A DNA stretch of 64,000 nt from an uncultured Lentimicrobiaceae bacterium (lineage in GTDB: Bacteria > Bacteroidota > Bacteroidia > Bacteroidales > WCHB1-69): assembly GCA_964610025.1 (NCBI GenBank), contig CAZSTX010000002.1:2752-66751 (forward strand), read 5' to 3'. Shown here in pieces: positions 17,293 through 26,674 of this stretch. How positions within the stretch are numbered: position 1 is the stretch's first letter; each line of letters begins with the position of its first letter. The notes under the pieces were generated by a model that was given only the letters and a program-made list of their open reading frames with translations, was not told the DNA's origin and ran no database searches. The position numbers and the translations under genes are program-made.

Positions 17293-17300
17293 CAAAAGTA
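17293..17300 (-). promoter_or_regulatory. Putative -7 box (TACTTTTG) for ffs
   Basis: Minus-strand TACTTTTG ends 5 nt before the first G of the predicted SRP RNA. This is the spacing expected between the -7 box and the transcription start. Confidence 0.6.
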
Positions 17301-17359
17301 TAATTTTTTTTGAAACAAAATGCAGTTTTTGATTATCTTTTCTTTTAAGATGTGTGTTT

Positions 17360-18505
17360 TTAATTTAATATTTTAATGATTTCTTCACATATATAGTGTG
17401 CAGCAGTTCCATTGCCGAATAGTGAAGGAAAGTTATTAGGTCGATTTTTAGTGAAATATTTATATCCTTCTAAAATAGCATTTGATTTAGCATCACTAAG
17501 ATAGGCAACATTATAAGTTGCCAATTCTTCCCATTCTGTTTCGGCTCGGACAATAATACAAGGTTTCTTATAAAAATAAGCCTCTTTTTGTACGCCTCCT
17601 GAATCAGTAATAATCATTTGTGCATTTTTTTCTAAATACATCATTTCAAAAAAAGAAAGGGGAGAAATACGATGGATATATTCATTAGAAAAGAATGTTT
17701 TATAAAGTTGTGTGTCTAAATGTGTGTGTAGCATTTTGGAAGCACGTGGGTGTATAGGGAACAATATATGTTGTTTGTAGTTAGTAATAGCTATTAATCC
17801 TTTGACAAATTCTTTTAAACGATTTGCATCGTCTGTATTATGTTGTCGATGTAGTGTTGTAAGTATGTAAGAGGGTATTTCTTGTATAAGAGTTTGAAGT
17901 TGAGAGTTTGATGTTATATTTTTATTTTCAAAAAATAATGTGTTATCGTACATAATATCTCCTGAAAACATAATTTTTTTATTTTTAGGATGATAAATAG
18001 GATGTGTATTAAGAGAATATCCTTCTTTTTGAAGGTTTTGCATTGCAGTTTGTGTAGAACAAAATAAATAAGTAGCTAACTTATCGGTTTCTACTCGATT
18101 TATTTCTTCAGGCATCGATTTGTCATAAGAACGCATACCAGCTTCTATATGAACTAATGGCACCCCTGTTTTTACGGTAGCTATGGCTCCTGCCAAAGTA
18201 GAATAGGTGTCGCCATACACTAAAACGATGGAAGGTTGTTCTTTTAAAATAATATTTTTAATTGCATCAACTGCTTTTTGCATCGGAAAAATATTATTAT
18301 CAGAATGTATATTCAAATTATAAAGAGGTGAATCTAATTGCAATTCTTCAAAAAAAACAGTTGACATATTATAATCATAGTGCTGCCCTGTATGTAAAAT
18401 ACAATGTTCTATTTGTGAAGAAAAAGTTTTTTTGATTGTTCTACATAAAGCTGCTACTTTTATGAATTGGGGTCTAGCACCTACTATAGAAATTATTTTA
18501 TACAT
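17360..18505 (-). CDS. wecB: UDP-N-acetylglucosamine 2-epimerase (non-hydrolysing)
   Basis: 381 aa. N-terminal GARPQFIK, HTGQHYD, and DSGGVQKEA near the C-terminus are typical epimerase_2 motifs. Confidence 0.9.
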   Translation of the reverse strand: MYKIISIVGARPQFIKVAALCRTIKKTFSSQIEHCILHTGQHYDYNMSTVFFEELQLDSPLYNLNIHSDNNIFPMQKAVDAIKNIILKEQPSIVLVYGDTYSTLAGAIATVKTGVPLVHIEAGMRSYDKSMPEEINRVETDKLATYLFCSTQTAMQNLQKEGYSLNTHPIYHPKNKKIMFSGDIMYDNTLFFENKNITSNSQLQTLIQEIPSYILTTLHRQHNTDDANRLKEFVKGLIAITNYKQHILFPIHPRASKMLHTHLDTQLYKTFFSNEYIHRISPLSFFEMMYLEKNAQMIITDSGGVQKEAYFYKKPCIIVRAETEWEELATYNVAYLSDAKSNAILEGYKYFTKNRPNNFPSLFGNGTAAHYICEEIIKILN

Positions 18506-18515
18506 TGCTATTTTA

Positions 18516-19040
18516 TTACTCTATGATTTTGTTTTTATCAACTATTTTTTTCTCATTAATTATTGTACGTATAGTCTTAATTTTTGGGAGTAAAAATTTA
18601 GCCGAAGCGTAAGCAGGTTGATATAAAATTATTTTTTCTTTTGCATTGGCAGTTAGTATTTTTTCTTGTTTGTCGGCAGAAGTTATATAATAAAAAATAA
18701 TACCTGCTATAAATAATATTTTAAATGCTCCAAAAATAAAACCTAATATTTTATCAAAAAATTCGGGAATAATTAAAGTAATACCAGCTTTAATTATTTT
18801 TCCAATTAAAAACACTATAATAATACAAGCAAAAAAAGTTATTGCTAATGATATGAGATGTCCTGTTTCGGTTTTAATTCCAATTATTCCTACAGTAATA
18901 TGCGATAAATAAATACTAGCCCATGCTCCTATTATCAAAGCCAATACGTAAATAATTTCATAAATAAATCCTTTTTTTATTCCTTTATATCCAAACCAAA
19001 TCATAGGGAGGATAATGAGTATGTCAATTATTTTTAACAT
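18516..19040 (-). CDS. cvpA: CvpA family membrane protein
   Basis: 174 aa, four TM helices, N-terminal DILIILPMIWFGYKGIKKGFI typical of CvpA. Confidence 0.7.
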   Translation of the reverse strand: MLKIIDILIILPMIWFGYKGIKKGFIYEIIYVLALIIGAWASIYLSHITVGIIGIKTETGHLISLAITFFACIIIVFLIGKIIKAGITLIIPEFFDKILGFIFGAFKILFIAGIIFYYITSADKQEKILTANAKEKIILYQPAYASAKFLLPKIKTIRTIINEKKIVDKNKIIE

Positions 19041-19046
19041 TTCTAT

Positions 19047-19799
19047 TTATTGAATAGATCTTAATTTTTGTGCAAATTTAGAGGCATATACAAAATCGTT
19101 TAATTCTTTATTGTCAGTATGTAATATTTCTTCTTTTATTCCTTTCCACCAAAGTTTTCCTTCAAAAATAAAAGATACGGTTTCGCCTATTGCCATCACA
19201 GAATTCATATCGTGAGTATTTACGATAGTAGTCATTTTATATTCGTGTGTAATTTCAGAGATTAACTCGTCTATTAGAAGAGAAGTTTTAGGGTCTAATC
19301 CTGAATTAGGTTCATCACAAAATAAATATTTAGGATTTAAGGAAATTGCTCGGGCAATTGCGACACGTTTTTTCATTCCTCCACTTAATTGTGAAGGGTA
19401 AAGTTGATGTGTATCTTGTAAGTTTACACGTTCTAAACAAAAATCGACACGGTCGTTTTTTTCAGCATCTGTCATATTGGTAAGCATAATTAAAGGAAAT
19501 ATTACATTTTCTTTCACTGTCATAGAATCGAATAAGGCTCCTCCTTGAAAAAGTACTCCCATTTCTTGTCGTATGTTTTTACGTTCTTGTTTTGTTAAAG
19601 CATAAAAATCGCGATTGTCGTAAAATATTTTTCCTTTATCAGCTTTGTATAATCCTATTAAACATTTCATTAACACTGTTTTTCCTGAACCGCTTTGCCC
19701 AATAATCAGATTGGTTTTTCCTTGTTCAAAGCTACAATTAATATCGTGTAGTACTTCTTTTCCATTAAAGTATTTGTATATATTTTCTATTTTCAACAT
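19047..19799 (-). CDS. mlaF: ABC transporter ATP-binding protein, MlaF-like
   Basis: Walker A GQSGSGKT, signature LSGGMKKR, Walker B LFCDEP. Sits directly downstream of the MlaE-like permease. Confidence 0.85.
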   Translation of the reverse strand: MLKIENIYKYFNGKEVLHDINCSFEQGKTNLIIGQSGSGKTVLMKCLIGLYKADKGKIFYDNRDFYALTKQERKNIRQEMGVLFQGGALFDSMTVKENVIFPLIMLTNMTDAEKNDRVDFCLERVNLQDTHQLYPSQLSGGMKKRVAIARAISLNPKYLFCDEPNSGLDPKTSLLIDELISEITHEYKMTTIVNTHDMNSVMAIGETVSFIFEGKLWWKGIKEEILHTDNKELNDFVYASKFAQKLRSIQ

Positions 19800-19801
19800 G
19801 C

Positions 19802-20608
19802 TTATCCGAGAAATAATTCTGTTAATAATAAATCGAATAATAAAATCATAAAACTACTTGCTACCACAGCTTGTGTACTTGTTTTTCCAACTTCTAAAGC
19901 TCCTCCTATCGTTTTGTATCCCCAATATCCTGAAATGGAAGACATTAAAAAAGCGAAGAAAAAAGTTTTAACCAAAGCATAATAAATATCACGCGTTACA
20001 AACCATGACCTAATCCCTTCTATGTATTGAGAAGGCGGAACTGTTCCTAAAAATTCAGAAACTGCCCATCCGCCTAATATTGCTAAAAATATACTAATAA
20101 TAATTAATAAAGGATTTGTGATAATACATGCTAAAATTTTTGGAAAAATTAAATGTGAAGCTGAATTAATTCCCATAGTTTCTAATGCATCAACTTGTTC
20201 GGTTACTTTCATCGTTCCTATTTCTGATGCTATTCGCGAACCAATTTTTCCTGCAAGAAAAATACTTACAATAGTTGGAGCAAATTCGAGAACAATGGAT
20301 TGGCGTACTACAAAACCAATTGTCCATGTAGGTAATAAAGGATTTTCTATTTGCAATTTTGTTTGGATTGTAATTACTGCTCCCATAAAAATCGAGATAA
20401 TGATGACTATAGGTAAAGAATCGATACATAATCCATTAATTTCATCTACTATTTGTTTCCTAAAATATTTATTGTTTTCGGGCTTATCCACTACTCGTTT
20501 CATTAATAATAAATATTCTCCCATACGGTGTAAAAAGGTTTCAATAATAGTGAGACGTTTATTATTAATTGTTAATTGTCCTAATTTTGTCAAAGTTACC
20601 TTGTTCAT
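19802..20608 (-). CDS. mlaE: MlaE-family ABC transporter permease
   Basis: 268 aa polytopic protein with the MlaE/YrbE pattern (QIVDEI..., VTEQVDALETMGI). Confidence 0.85.
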   Translation of the reverse strand: MNKVTLTKLGQLTINNKRLTIIETFLHRMGEYLLLMKRVVDKPENNKYFRKQIVDEINGLCIDSLPIVIIISIFMGAVITIQTKLQIENPLLPTWTIGFVVRQSIVLEFAPTIVSIFLAGKIGSRIASEIGTMKVTEQVDALETMGINSASHLIFPKILACIITNPLLIIISIFLAILGGWAVSEFLGTVPPSQYIEGIRSWFVTRDIYYALVKTFFFAFLMSSISGYWGYKTIGGALEVGKTSTQAVVASSFMILLFDLLLTELFLG

Positions 20609-20668
20609 TTATGTATTTATATAAACATTATTTAAACGTTTATTTAATTTTTTTATTTCAAATTATTC

Positions 20669-23299
20669 TTAATAATCTCTATAGTCTTTATTAAAATCAT
20701 ATTTTAAATCTTTTAACATATCTGCTTTAACATTAATAGAAAATTCAAATCCACGTAGATAGCCAAATGGACGCCACTTAAAACCCATTTCCCAACAATG
20801 TAAATCTCTGTATATATCAAACGAAGATAAGGAAATACTTTTTGAAACAAAATCATAACCTGTTATAAATGCAATGCGCCATTTTTCTGTTAGTTGAAAT
20901 CGACCAGAAAGATTTAAGGTATTGGTCATGTTTTTTGCGTATTTATTTGTATCGGGTTGATTAAGAATGTAGTATCGATAGTTGTCGGAAAGATTATAAT
21001 TAAAGGCATAGCTTATGTCAATATTCCATCTGCCAAGTGAGGAAAAACCTTGTTCGTTGTCGTTTTTCTTAAATGTTTGATCGTTAATTGAATAAGTTAA
21101 CGATATTGAAAAAGCAGTATTAGATAAGCGAAATAAGCGTTTGTTTTCTTTTATTTCTAATGTATCAACTCTTCGCCCAGAAGTACCAATAATATAAGGG
21201 TCTAATCCTGCATTGAAATTAAGAAATAGTGTTTTCAAAATTGTTGTTCTTCCTGAAATACTTAGAGGTTGCCAGCACATAGAATCGGCAGTAAAAATAT
21301 ATCGCGATCCAATACTTAAATTTTCTATTAGTGTAATTTTTTTAGTATTTCCAGTAGAATCTTTTTTATTTACTATTTTCATTTCTAATCTGTTACCAAA
21401 CATTAAACTTATATCAGCCGATTGTTTTTCGAGAGGTTTGCTAAATAAAAATCCTTCTGTTGGAGAATAGGTTTTAAGAGTTTTTTCAATTGAATCGTAA
21501 TAAGATTTAAAATGACTTTTATTGATAGCAGGGATATAACTAAATGATAACGAAGGAATAAATTCGTGACGAAAAGCTTGTACTTTCCCTTTTTTCATGC
21601 TATACATTCCATATAATGTCGTCTTTAATGTAGAGCTATATACCATATAGTGGCTTGCAAAAAATCCATAAATGGTATCTCTATTAATTTTTGCTTTCCC
21701 ATTTGTATCTTGTTCCCAACTGCGTGTTGCTCCTCTAAATTGCCAATATTCGTTAAAACGTATGGAATTGTTCCAATCTAAATATTTAAAAATTTTAATT
21801 GTGCTCGAAATAGGGATAGTATGAGAAATTCCATATCGCATGTTGTTTGGTATTTGCTGCGACAGTGCGATACTGTCATATAGTCCTATGTTGTTCACTA
21901 TAATAGTATTATATGACATTGAAATGTTTTCATACCATCGTAATTTTCCTACTACGGTTCTTCTCCGTAAGGGATAAAATTGACTAATATTAAAATTAAT
22001 ATTTGGCAATGTCAATTGCATGTATTTAGTTTGTACATTTTGAGATAAATCTGCATTAATTCCTAAAGAATAATGATTTTTCCAACTTGTCGAAAAACTG
22101 ATAGCTGATGTAAAGTTGGTGTTTACATAATCGTTTACTTCGACAATGTTGCGTTTATTATAATTGCTTGTTATAAAATTGACATCTGCCGTAAAGCGAT
22201 TACGTGGATGGGCTTTAGGGTCTTGATTATGTTTCCAATTAATTTTAAAATCATTCGATTTTACAAACGAAGGAGTAGTTGGTTCACCCGAACGAGTGTT
22301 ACTGTAAGATGCATCAATAAAACCTGAATATTTATAACGTTTAATATAATTTGATTTTGCATTTATAGCAAATGAACCTCGCGTATAAATATCGGCTGTA
22401 AGTGCTATATCCACTTTATCTCTGAATGCAAAATACACTCCCATTCCTTTGAAATAAAACCCTAATTCTATTGATTCTCCATAAGAAGGAATTAAAATTC
22501 CATTTCTATGGCCTTTTTGATTGGGAATGATAGCAAAAGGAGCGACTAAAGGAGTAGGAACGTCTGCTATTTGTAGTTGAATTGGACCGGTAACTATTTT
22601 ATCGTTGGCTATAGCTTTTGCTTTTTTAAAATAAAACCCATAATGTGGATGTTCCAAATTACAAGTTGTAAACGAACCTTTATAAATATAATTAGTGCTA
22701 TCGTCTATTTTTTTTACTAATTGTCCATGCAAATAACCTTCTGATTCTTGTGTAATTACATTAACAACTAAACCTTTTTTAGAGTTAAAGTTATATTTAA
22801 TCTCATACGCTTTAAATTCTGTTTGATTTTGTTTGAAAATAGGATTTCCCTGCAGACTGTCTGCCGTATCTTTTACCCCACAAGCATATAATTGATGAGA
22901 ATCAAAATCAATTTCCATATAATTAGATGTCAAAATAATGTCTTCGTATTTTACATCAACAAGGTGGTGTAATAAAGCTTTTTTGTTTTTAATATTAAAA
23001 ACAACTGAATCTTCGGCATAATAATCGACAATAGAACTTATAGCATCTTTCGATATTTTAAAAAGACTGTCTTTATATTGAGTAGTATCTGTTGCTTGTA
23101 AACTGTCAGTGGTAGCAATAGCAATTGTAGAATCAGCACTGCTTATCTCTTTGGAAATTAATTGCAAACGAGTTGATTTGCTTTGAATAGGAATACTGTC
23201 TTTTTCTTGAGCTATTATGATAGAAAAAAAACCTGTAAACAAAATTGTTTGCAGAGTTAGAAAAAGATGTATATATTTTTTCAACAGATTGCTATACAA
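20669..23299 (-). CDS. Large outer-membrane beta-barrel protein, LptD-like (Bacteroidota putative LPS-assembly protein family)
   Basis: 876 aa, signal/anchor segment, long run of alternating amphipathic strands rich in Y/F/N/S, aromatic C-terminal residue (..DYRDY). The family call is from memory of Bacteroidota LptD-like proteins. Confidence 0.6.
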   Translation of the reverse strand: MYSNLLKKYIHLFLTLQTILFTGFFSIIIAQEKDSIPIQSKSTRLQLISKEISSADSTIAIATTDSLQATDTTQYKDSLFKISKDAISSIVDYYAEDSVVFNIKNKKALLHHLVDVKYEDIILTSNYMEIDFDSHQLYACGVKDTADSLQGNPIFKQNQTEFKAYEIKYNFNSKKGLVVNVITQESEGYLHGQLVKKIDDSTNYIYKGSFTTCNLEHPHYGFYFKKAKAIANDKIVTGPIQLQIADVPTPLVAPFAIIPNQKGHRNGILIPSYGESIELGFYFKGMGVYFAFRDKVDIALTADIYTRGSFAINAKSNYIKRYKYSGFIDASYSNTRSGEPTTPSFVKSNDFKINWKHNQDPKAHPRNRFTADVNFITSNYNKRNIVEVNDYVNTNFTSAISFSTSWKNHYSLGINADLSQNVQTKYMQLTLPNINFNISQFYPLRRRTVVGKLRWYENISMSYNTIIVNNIGLYDSIALSQQIPNNMRYGISHTIPISSTIKIFKYLDWNNSIRFNEYWQFRGATRSWEQDTNGKAKINRDTIYGFFASHYMVYSSTLKTTLYGMYSMKKGKVQAFRHEFIPSLSFSYIPAINKSHFKSYYDSIEKTLKTYSPTEGFLFSKPLEKQSADISLMFGNRLEMKIVNKKDSTGNTKKITLIENLSIGSRYIFTADSMCWQPLSISGRTTILKTLFLNFNAGLDPYIIGTSGRRVDTLEIKENKRLFRLSNTAFSISLTYSINDQTFKKNDNEQGFSSLGRWNIDISYAFNYNLSDNYRYYILNQPDTNKYAKNMTNTLNLSGRFQLTEKWRIAFITGYDFVSKSISLSSFDIYRDLHCWEMGFKWRPFGYLRGFEFSINVKADMLKDLKYDFNKDYRDY

Positions 23300-23332
23300 T
23301 TTTATTAAATTGAATTTTATATAAAAAAAATT

Positions 23333-23367
23333 TATACTTTTGTAAATTAAAATTTTACAAAAGTATA
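23333..23367. promoter_or_regulatory. Palindrome (14-bp arms, 7-nt spacer) carrying two opposed TACTTTTG -7 boxes for the divergent LptD-like and amidase genes
   Basis: TATACTTTTGTAAA (23333-23346) is the exact reverse complement of TTTACAAAAGTATA (23354-23367). TACTTTTG sits at 23335-23342 on the plus strand and 23358-23365 on the minus strand. Confidence 0.5.
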
Positions 23368-23405
23368 AAAATACAACATAAGGTTTATCTTTAAATTAAC
23401 AAAAT

Positions 23406-24566
23406 ATGAAAATAAAATCAATGCTAACTACAATGAAGATTACCTCTAAAATAACGATATTACATATTGTTTTATTATTGATTACTATTTCTATTCCTAC
23501 GCAGATATTATCTGCACCTATAAAAGTAGTTGTTATTGATGCTGGCCATGGCGGGCATGACCCCGGAGCTATAGGGAAATCAAACATTTATGAAAAAGAT
23601 ATTACTTTAAAAGTCGCTCTGAAACTTGGAAAATTGATAGAAGATAATTTTAAAGATATTAAAGTCATTTATACTCGCAAAACAGATGTTTTTGTAGAAT
23701 TAAAAAGACGTACGCAAATAGCGAATGAAAATCATGCGGACCTTTTTATATCAATTCATTGTAATTCAGCAACTAATAGCACAAGCCATGGCTCTGAAAC
23801 TTTTGTGATGAGTCCTGATAATAGCACTGCTAATTTAGCGGTAGCACAAAAAGAAAATGCTGCTATTTTATTAGAATCGAATTATAAAGAAAACTATGAA
23901 GGCTATGACCCTAATTCTACAGATGCATATATTATTTTTTCGTTATATCAAAATTCCTTTTTAAATCAAAGTGTTAAATTTGCTTCTAAAATTCAGTCGG
24001 AATTCAAAACAAATGCTAAATTAGAAGATAGAGGAGTTAAGCAAGCAGGATTTTTAGTCCTTTGGCGTACAACTATGCCAAGTGTATTAGTTGAAATAGG
24101 ATTTTTAAGCAATCCTAAAGAAGAAACTTTTTTAGCTTCCGATAAAGGACAAAATGACATAGTCAATTCACTTTTTAAGGCTTTTGCACAATTAGTGAAA
24201 GAAAAAAATAATATAAGTATAGAAAACCCTATTGTATTTGAAAATAATGACCAACTTCCTGAAAATAAAGAAAGCGAAATAAATCCAAGTTTACAAGAAA
24301 ATGATATTATATTTTGTATTCAAATTTCTTGTTTAAGAGAAAATAAAAGTACAAATGACCCAATATTCAAAGGGTTGAAAAATATACGAATGTGGAAAAA
24401 TGGGAACTACTATTGTTATACTGCTGGCGAAGAAACAAGCTATGAAGGTGCAAGTGCATTATTAGAAGAAATAAAAACGTTAGGGTTTCAAGACGCCTTT
24501 ATACTAGCCTATAAAAATGGAGAAAAAATTTCAATAAATGAAGCAAAAAAATATCTAAAACAATAA
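23406..24566 (+). CDS. N-acetylmuramoyl-L-alanine amidase (Amidase_3) with C-terminal SPOR domain
   Basis: VVIDAGHGGHDPGA zinc-amidase motif, SIHCNS, and a C-terminal ~80 aa SPOR-like repeat (YCYTAGEETSYEGASALLEEIKTLGFQDAFILAY). Confidence 0.88.
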   Translation: MKIKSMLTTMKITSKITILHIVLLLITISIPTQILSAPIKVVVIDAGHGGHDPGAIGKSNIYEKDITLKVALKLGKLIEDNFKDIKVIYTRKTDVFVELKRRTQIANENHADLFISIHCNSATNSTSHGSETFVMSPDNSTANLAVAQKENAAILLESNYKENYEGYDPNSTDAYIIFSLYQNSFLNQSVKFASKIQSEFKTNAKLEDRGVKQAGFLVLWRTTMPSVLVEIGFLSNPKEETFLASDKGQNDIVNSLFKAFAQLVKEKNNISIENPIVFENNDQLPENKESEINPSLQENDIIFCIQISCLRENKSTNDPIFKGLKNIRMWKNGNYYCYTAGEETSYEGASALLEEIKTLGFQDAFILAYKNGEKISINEAKKYLKQ

Positions 24567-24570
24567 AATC

Positions 24571-25476
24571 GTGGCAAAAAAAATATTTAAAACACAGGAA
24601 ATTAAAATAGCCGTACTATCTCTTGTCAGTTTATTTTTAATCGTTTGGGGAATTAATTTTTTAAAAGGGAAAAATATTTTTAAAAAACAATTTATTTACT
24701 ATGGGGTTTTTGACCAAGCAGCTGGACTGCTGATGGCTAATTTGGTAACTATTAATGGAGTAACTGTAGGAATTGTTGATGATATTGCCTTGTTTGGCGA
24801 AGCAAACGACAAAGTATTAATTACTTTTTTAGTTAATAAAAAAATAAAAATTCCAACAAATTCTGAATTGCGTATTATTTCGCCTGGAATAGTTGGCGCT
24901 TTACAATTAGAATGTGTTTTAGGCGATGCCTCCACTTATTTTAATAATGGCGACACTATTATAGGTTATGTAAAACCAAATATGTTAGCAGGAATTGACC
25001 AAATAAAAAACAACTTAGATACCATTATCGAAGGCTTAAAAGATATAATTCAAAATGGCAATATACAAAATTCTATATCACATATTAATGCTATTTCCAA
25101 TCAAATAGATTCCTTTATGAGTGCTGGTAAAATAGACAATATTATTAATGATATCCAACAATTTACTTCTACAATAAAACAAAATAGTACGGAAATTGAT
25201 AGTATTATTAAAAACATTCATCAGTTTTCGGGGTCGCTTACAGAAACAGATATTCCTAAGGTTTTAACCGATTTATCATCTCGATTAAAACAATTAGAAT
25301 CTATTTTAGCCAATGTTGAAAAAGGAGAAGGAACAATAGGAAAATTAAATAATAACGATTCTTTGTATCAAAATTTGAATAACACAATTGTTAATTTAGA
25401 CGAACTACTAAAAGATATTAAGGCTAATCCCAAAAGATATATTAATGTTACTGTTTTTGGAGGAAAGAAAAAATAA
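24571..25476 (+). CDS. mlaD: MlaD/MCE-domain protein
   Basis: GTG start, one N-terminal TM helix, MCE core (VTINGVTVGIVDDI), long coiled C-terminal region. Confidence 0.8.
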   Translation: MAKKIFKTQEIKIAVLSLVSLFLIVWGINFLKGKNIFKKQFIYYGVFDQAAGLLMANLVTINGVTVGIVDDIALFGEANDKVLITFLVNKKIKIPTNSELRIISPGIVGALQLECVLGDASTYFNNGDTIIGYVKPNMLAGIDQIKNNLDTIIEGLKDIIQNGNIQNSISHINAISNQIDSFMSAGKIDNIINDIQQFTSTIKQNSTEIDSIIKNIHQFSGSLTETDIPKVLTDLSSRLKQLESILANVEKGEGTIGKLNNNDSLYQNLNNTIVNLDELLKDIKANPKRYINVTVFGGKKK

Positions 25477-25478
25477 AG

Positions 25479-26570
25479 ATGTATTTAAAAACTATTCAAT
25501 TAATTAATTTTAAAAACTATCGTGAAGCTAATTATGATTTTGTAGAAGGTCTAAATGGGGTAGTTGGATTGAATGGAGTTGGGAAAACCAATTTATTAGA
25601 TGCTATTCATTATTTATCTATGTGTAAAAGCTATTTTAATAATTTAGACCAATTAAATATTAATTTTTCCTCAGATTTTTTTGCTATTCATGGCACTTTT
25701 CAATCTAATGATATAGATGGATTTAACAAAGTAAGTTGCATCCAAAAAAGAGATTGTAAAAAAAAAATCAAACTTAATCAAAAAGAATACGCTCGCTTAT
25801 CAGATCATATTGGATTATTTCCATCGGTAATGATTTCACCTTACGATAGTGATTACATTAATGGCGGAAGCGATTTGAGAAGAAAATATTTTGATAGTAT
25901 TATTTCTCAATACGATAAAATTTATTTAGACAATCTTATACAATACAATAAAGTGTTGTTACAACGAAATATATTATTAAAACATTTTGCAGAACATAGG
26001 TTGTATGATAAAGATGCAATCTCTATCTGGACAGATAAATTAATCATATTAGGAAATGAAATTTATAAAAAACGAAAAACGTTTGTTAATGAGTTTATCC
26101 CTGTTTTTCATACTTATTTTAATAAAATTTCTTCAGAAAAAGAAGAAGTTACTATTACTTACGAAAGTATGCTGCACGAAAATGAATTAGAAAATTTGTT
26201 AAAAGACGCTGAAAAAAAAGATTTATTAGCACAATATACAACCGTAGGAATACATAAAGATGATTTTTCTTTCATGCTTAATGGCTTTGCTGTAAAAAGA
26301 TTTTGTTCACAAGGACAGCAAAAAACATTTCTAATTTCTTTAAAATTAGCTCATTATGAATATTTAAAACATGTTAAGAATATTAAACCATTATTATTAC
26401 TTGACGATGTTTTTGACAAATTAGATGATTTACGTGTAGAAAAACTAATGTTTTTAGTTTCTAAAAAAGAATTTGGACAAGTATTTATTACGCACGTACA
26501 AAAAGAAAATATAGAAAATTTATTTAAAACAACGAATATTAATTTTAAAATTCACGAACTTAATCATTAA
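25479..26570 (+). CDS. recF: DNA replication and repair protein RecF
   Basis: N-terminal LINFKNY...GLNGVGKTNLLDAIHYL Walker A, SQGQQKT signature, LLLDDVFDKLD Walker B. Confidence 0.93.
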   Translation: MYLKTIQLINFKNYREANYDFVEGLNGVVGLNGVGKTNLLDAIHYLSMCKSYFNNLDQLNINFSSDFFAIHGTFQSNDIDGFNKVSCIQKRDCKKKIKLNQKEYARLSDHIGLFPSVMISPYDSDYINGGSDLRRKYFDSIISQYDKIYLDNLIQYNKVLLQRNILLKHFAEHRLYDKDAISIWTDKLIILGNEIYKKRKTFVNEFIPVFHTYFNKISSEKEEVTITYESMLHENELENLLKDAEKKDLLAQYTTVGIHKDDFSFMLNGFAVKRFCSQGQQKTFLISLKLAHYEYLKHVKNIKPLLLLDDVFDKLDDLRVEKLMFLVSKKEFGQVFITHVQKENIENLFKTTNINFKIHELNH

Positions 26571-26625
26571 TTTTAAAATAGATTTATCATTTAACAAAAA
26601 AAATGTAGAGTATTATTTTTTTTTA

Positions 26626-26633
26626 TACCTTTG
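26626..26633 (+). promoter_or_regulatory. Putative -7 box (TACCTTTG)
   Basis: TACCTTTG, 42 nt upstream of ATG 26675. Confidence 0.4.
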
Positions 26634-26674
26634 TCAATATTTATTATTAACTTTAAATAAAAAAAAACATCAAC

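Noticed and set aside
20118-20624. 168-aa plus-strand ORF, plus many similar 60-130-aa ORFs antisense to ileS, hppA, gyrB, secY, map and the LptD-like gene
   Set aside because: They are fully contained antisense within well-supported conserved genes. Their low-complexity Ile/Phe/Lys/Asn-rich translations are typical of chance ORFs in AT-rich DNA.
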